64,000 nucleotides of DNA from a virus. Its lineage: Duplodnaviria > Caudoviricetes. The position numbers and the translations under genes are program-made. Every line of letters begins with the position of its first letter. The stretch's first letter is position 1. Below, one piece after another: positions 63,146 through 64,000 of the stretch. Below the pieces are notes generated by a model, which had not been told where the DNA came from, made no database searches, and was given only the letters and a program-made list of their open reading frames with translations. The DNA is taken from positions 96,001 to 160,000 of IMG/VR virus record IMGVR_UViG_3300046787_000508. One strand, written 5' to 3'.

Positions 63146-63259
63146 TTGATTATGGTGTAAAGGTGCACGGCAGAACGGAGTAGGAATACGAAAAGCATTG
63201 AGCTTTCGTCGGTTCCGAAAGGGGAAACAGGATTATGGTTCGAATCCATTTTAGTCAAC
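63146..63259 (+). ncRNA. tRNA-like RNA (Gln-like body) with expanded anticodon region
   Basis: Acceptor TTGATTA/TAGTCAA, D arm GTGT-AAAGGT-GCAC, T arm ATGG-TTCGAAT-CCAT, with ~65 nt between the D and T arms. Confidence 0.55.
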
Positions 63260-63260
63260 T

Positions 63261-63388
63261 ATTGTAATTGACATAACGTCCTTAGCGGGAGAGCTTAGTA
63301 TATTACGGATAATCCTTCGGTAATTTACGATATGGTAACGTAGAAACAAGAGTAAGAGGATTTGAGTTCTACCTATGTTAGTTACAAT
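63261..63388 (+). ncRNA. Putative structured ncRNA closed by a 15-bp helix
   Basis: ATTGTAATTGACATA pairs with TATGTTAGTTACAAT (2 G-U); internal hairpins. Confidence 0.5.
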
Positions 63389-63392
63389 TTTT

Positions 63393-63465
63393 GGGATTGA
63401 GGTCAAACGGTTAAGATGTCGCCCTGTCACGGCGCACGGAGCGGGTTCAACTCCCGTCAGTCCCG
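63393..63465 (+). tRNA. trnD: tRNA-Asp(GUC)
   Basis: CGCC-CTGTCAC-GGCG arm; full cloverleaf. Confidence 0.93.
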
Positions 63466-63673
63466 CAAATGAGTAAGAGATACTCAATGATTTGGCATCG
63501 TTCGAAATAATGATGTAGTTGTTTCCTTCCACGATTTTATAGAGGGGGTCTCGGAATATGGTCGTAACAAAACTACCGAGTATGTTTGACGTTTTAAGCG
63601 GTAAGACGCGATGGGTTTTTCAATACGAAAAACTGTGAATATCTACCTCGAAATAATCTCATCGGGGACAATT

Positions 63674-63759
63674 GGAAGGATGGCAGAGTTGGTCGATTGT
63701 ACCTGACTTGAAATCAGGCGTACTGCAAGGTACCGTGGGTTCGAATCCTACTCCTTCCG
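63674..63759 (+). tRNA. trnS: tRNA-Ser(UGA)
   Basis: CCTGA-CTTGAAA-TCAGG arm; long variable arm; G73. Confidence 0.95.
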
Positions 63760-64000
63760 CAATTCGACGACATTTAGGGTGATTTAGTATCTAGATTACT
63801 CTTTGTAACGATTACGGAAGTACACATTTATTTGTGTTAAACGTTAAGTTCGACAGGTAGAAACTAAGTGGTTCGGAATTTGACTGAAACAAGGTGACTT
63901 GGTCTTTGAAGTATTCAAACGATTTATCGTTGTAGGTACTGAATAACAAGAAGATAAACTAAGAACATCATCGTATGAAGTTTACCTAGAGAAATTTATA

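Noticed and set aside
63674-63759. tRNA with anticodon TGA as a possible opal suppressor or Sec tRNA
   Set aside because: Anticodon UGA reads UCA (Ser); a suppressor would need anticodon UCA.

Overview
AT-rich fragment of a T4-like (myovirus) jumbo phage genome, genetic code 11. The host is most likely a Bacteroidota member, inferred from TTTG-N19/20-TAnnTTTG promoters, a Bacteroidota-type bS21, CTKDD lipoprotein signals and the absence of Shine-Dalgarno sites. The window holds neck and baseplate genes, a SNF2 helicase, DNA polymerase B, large repeat-rich virion proteins, three glycosyltransferases with dUTPase and PhoH, and a phage sigma factor. It also holds the head module (MCP, scaffold, protease, portal, terminase) with rpsU inserted on the opposite strand, a nucleotidyltransferase-KTSC pair, and a ClpC lacking its N-domain. 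The two most interesting regions are inferred from sequence alone and untested. (1) A ~9.3 kb late-promoter cell-envelope cluster (51099-60353) encodes two CsgG/LptE-fold-like proteins, two cohesin/dockerin-like paralogs (one with a C-type lectin), two lipoproteins resembling free-standing T9SS sorting domains, a beta-barrel-like protein and small membrane proteins. (2) A tRNA array (60637 to the window end) is preceded by an apparent leader-peptide attenuator whose first 20 codons cover every amino acid served by the visible tRNAs. The array also contains a long-variable-arm CAU tRNA, a tRNA-Gln-like RNA with an expanded anticodon arm, a free-standing endonuclease and several structured ORF-free spacers.
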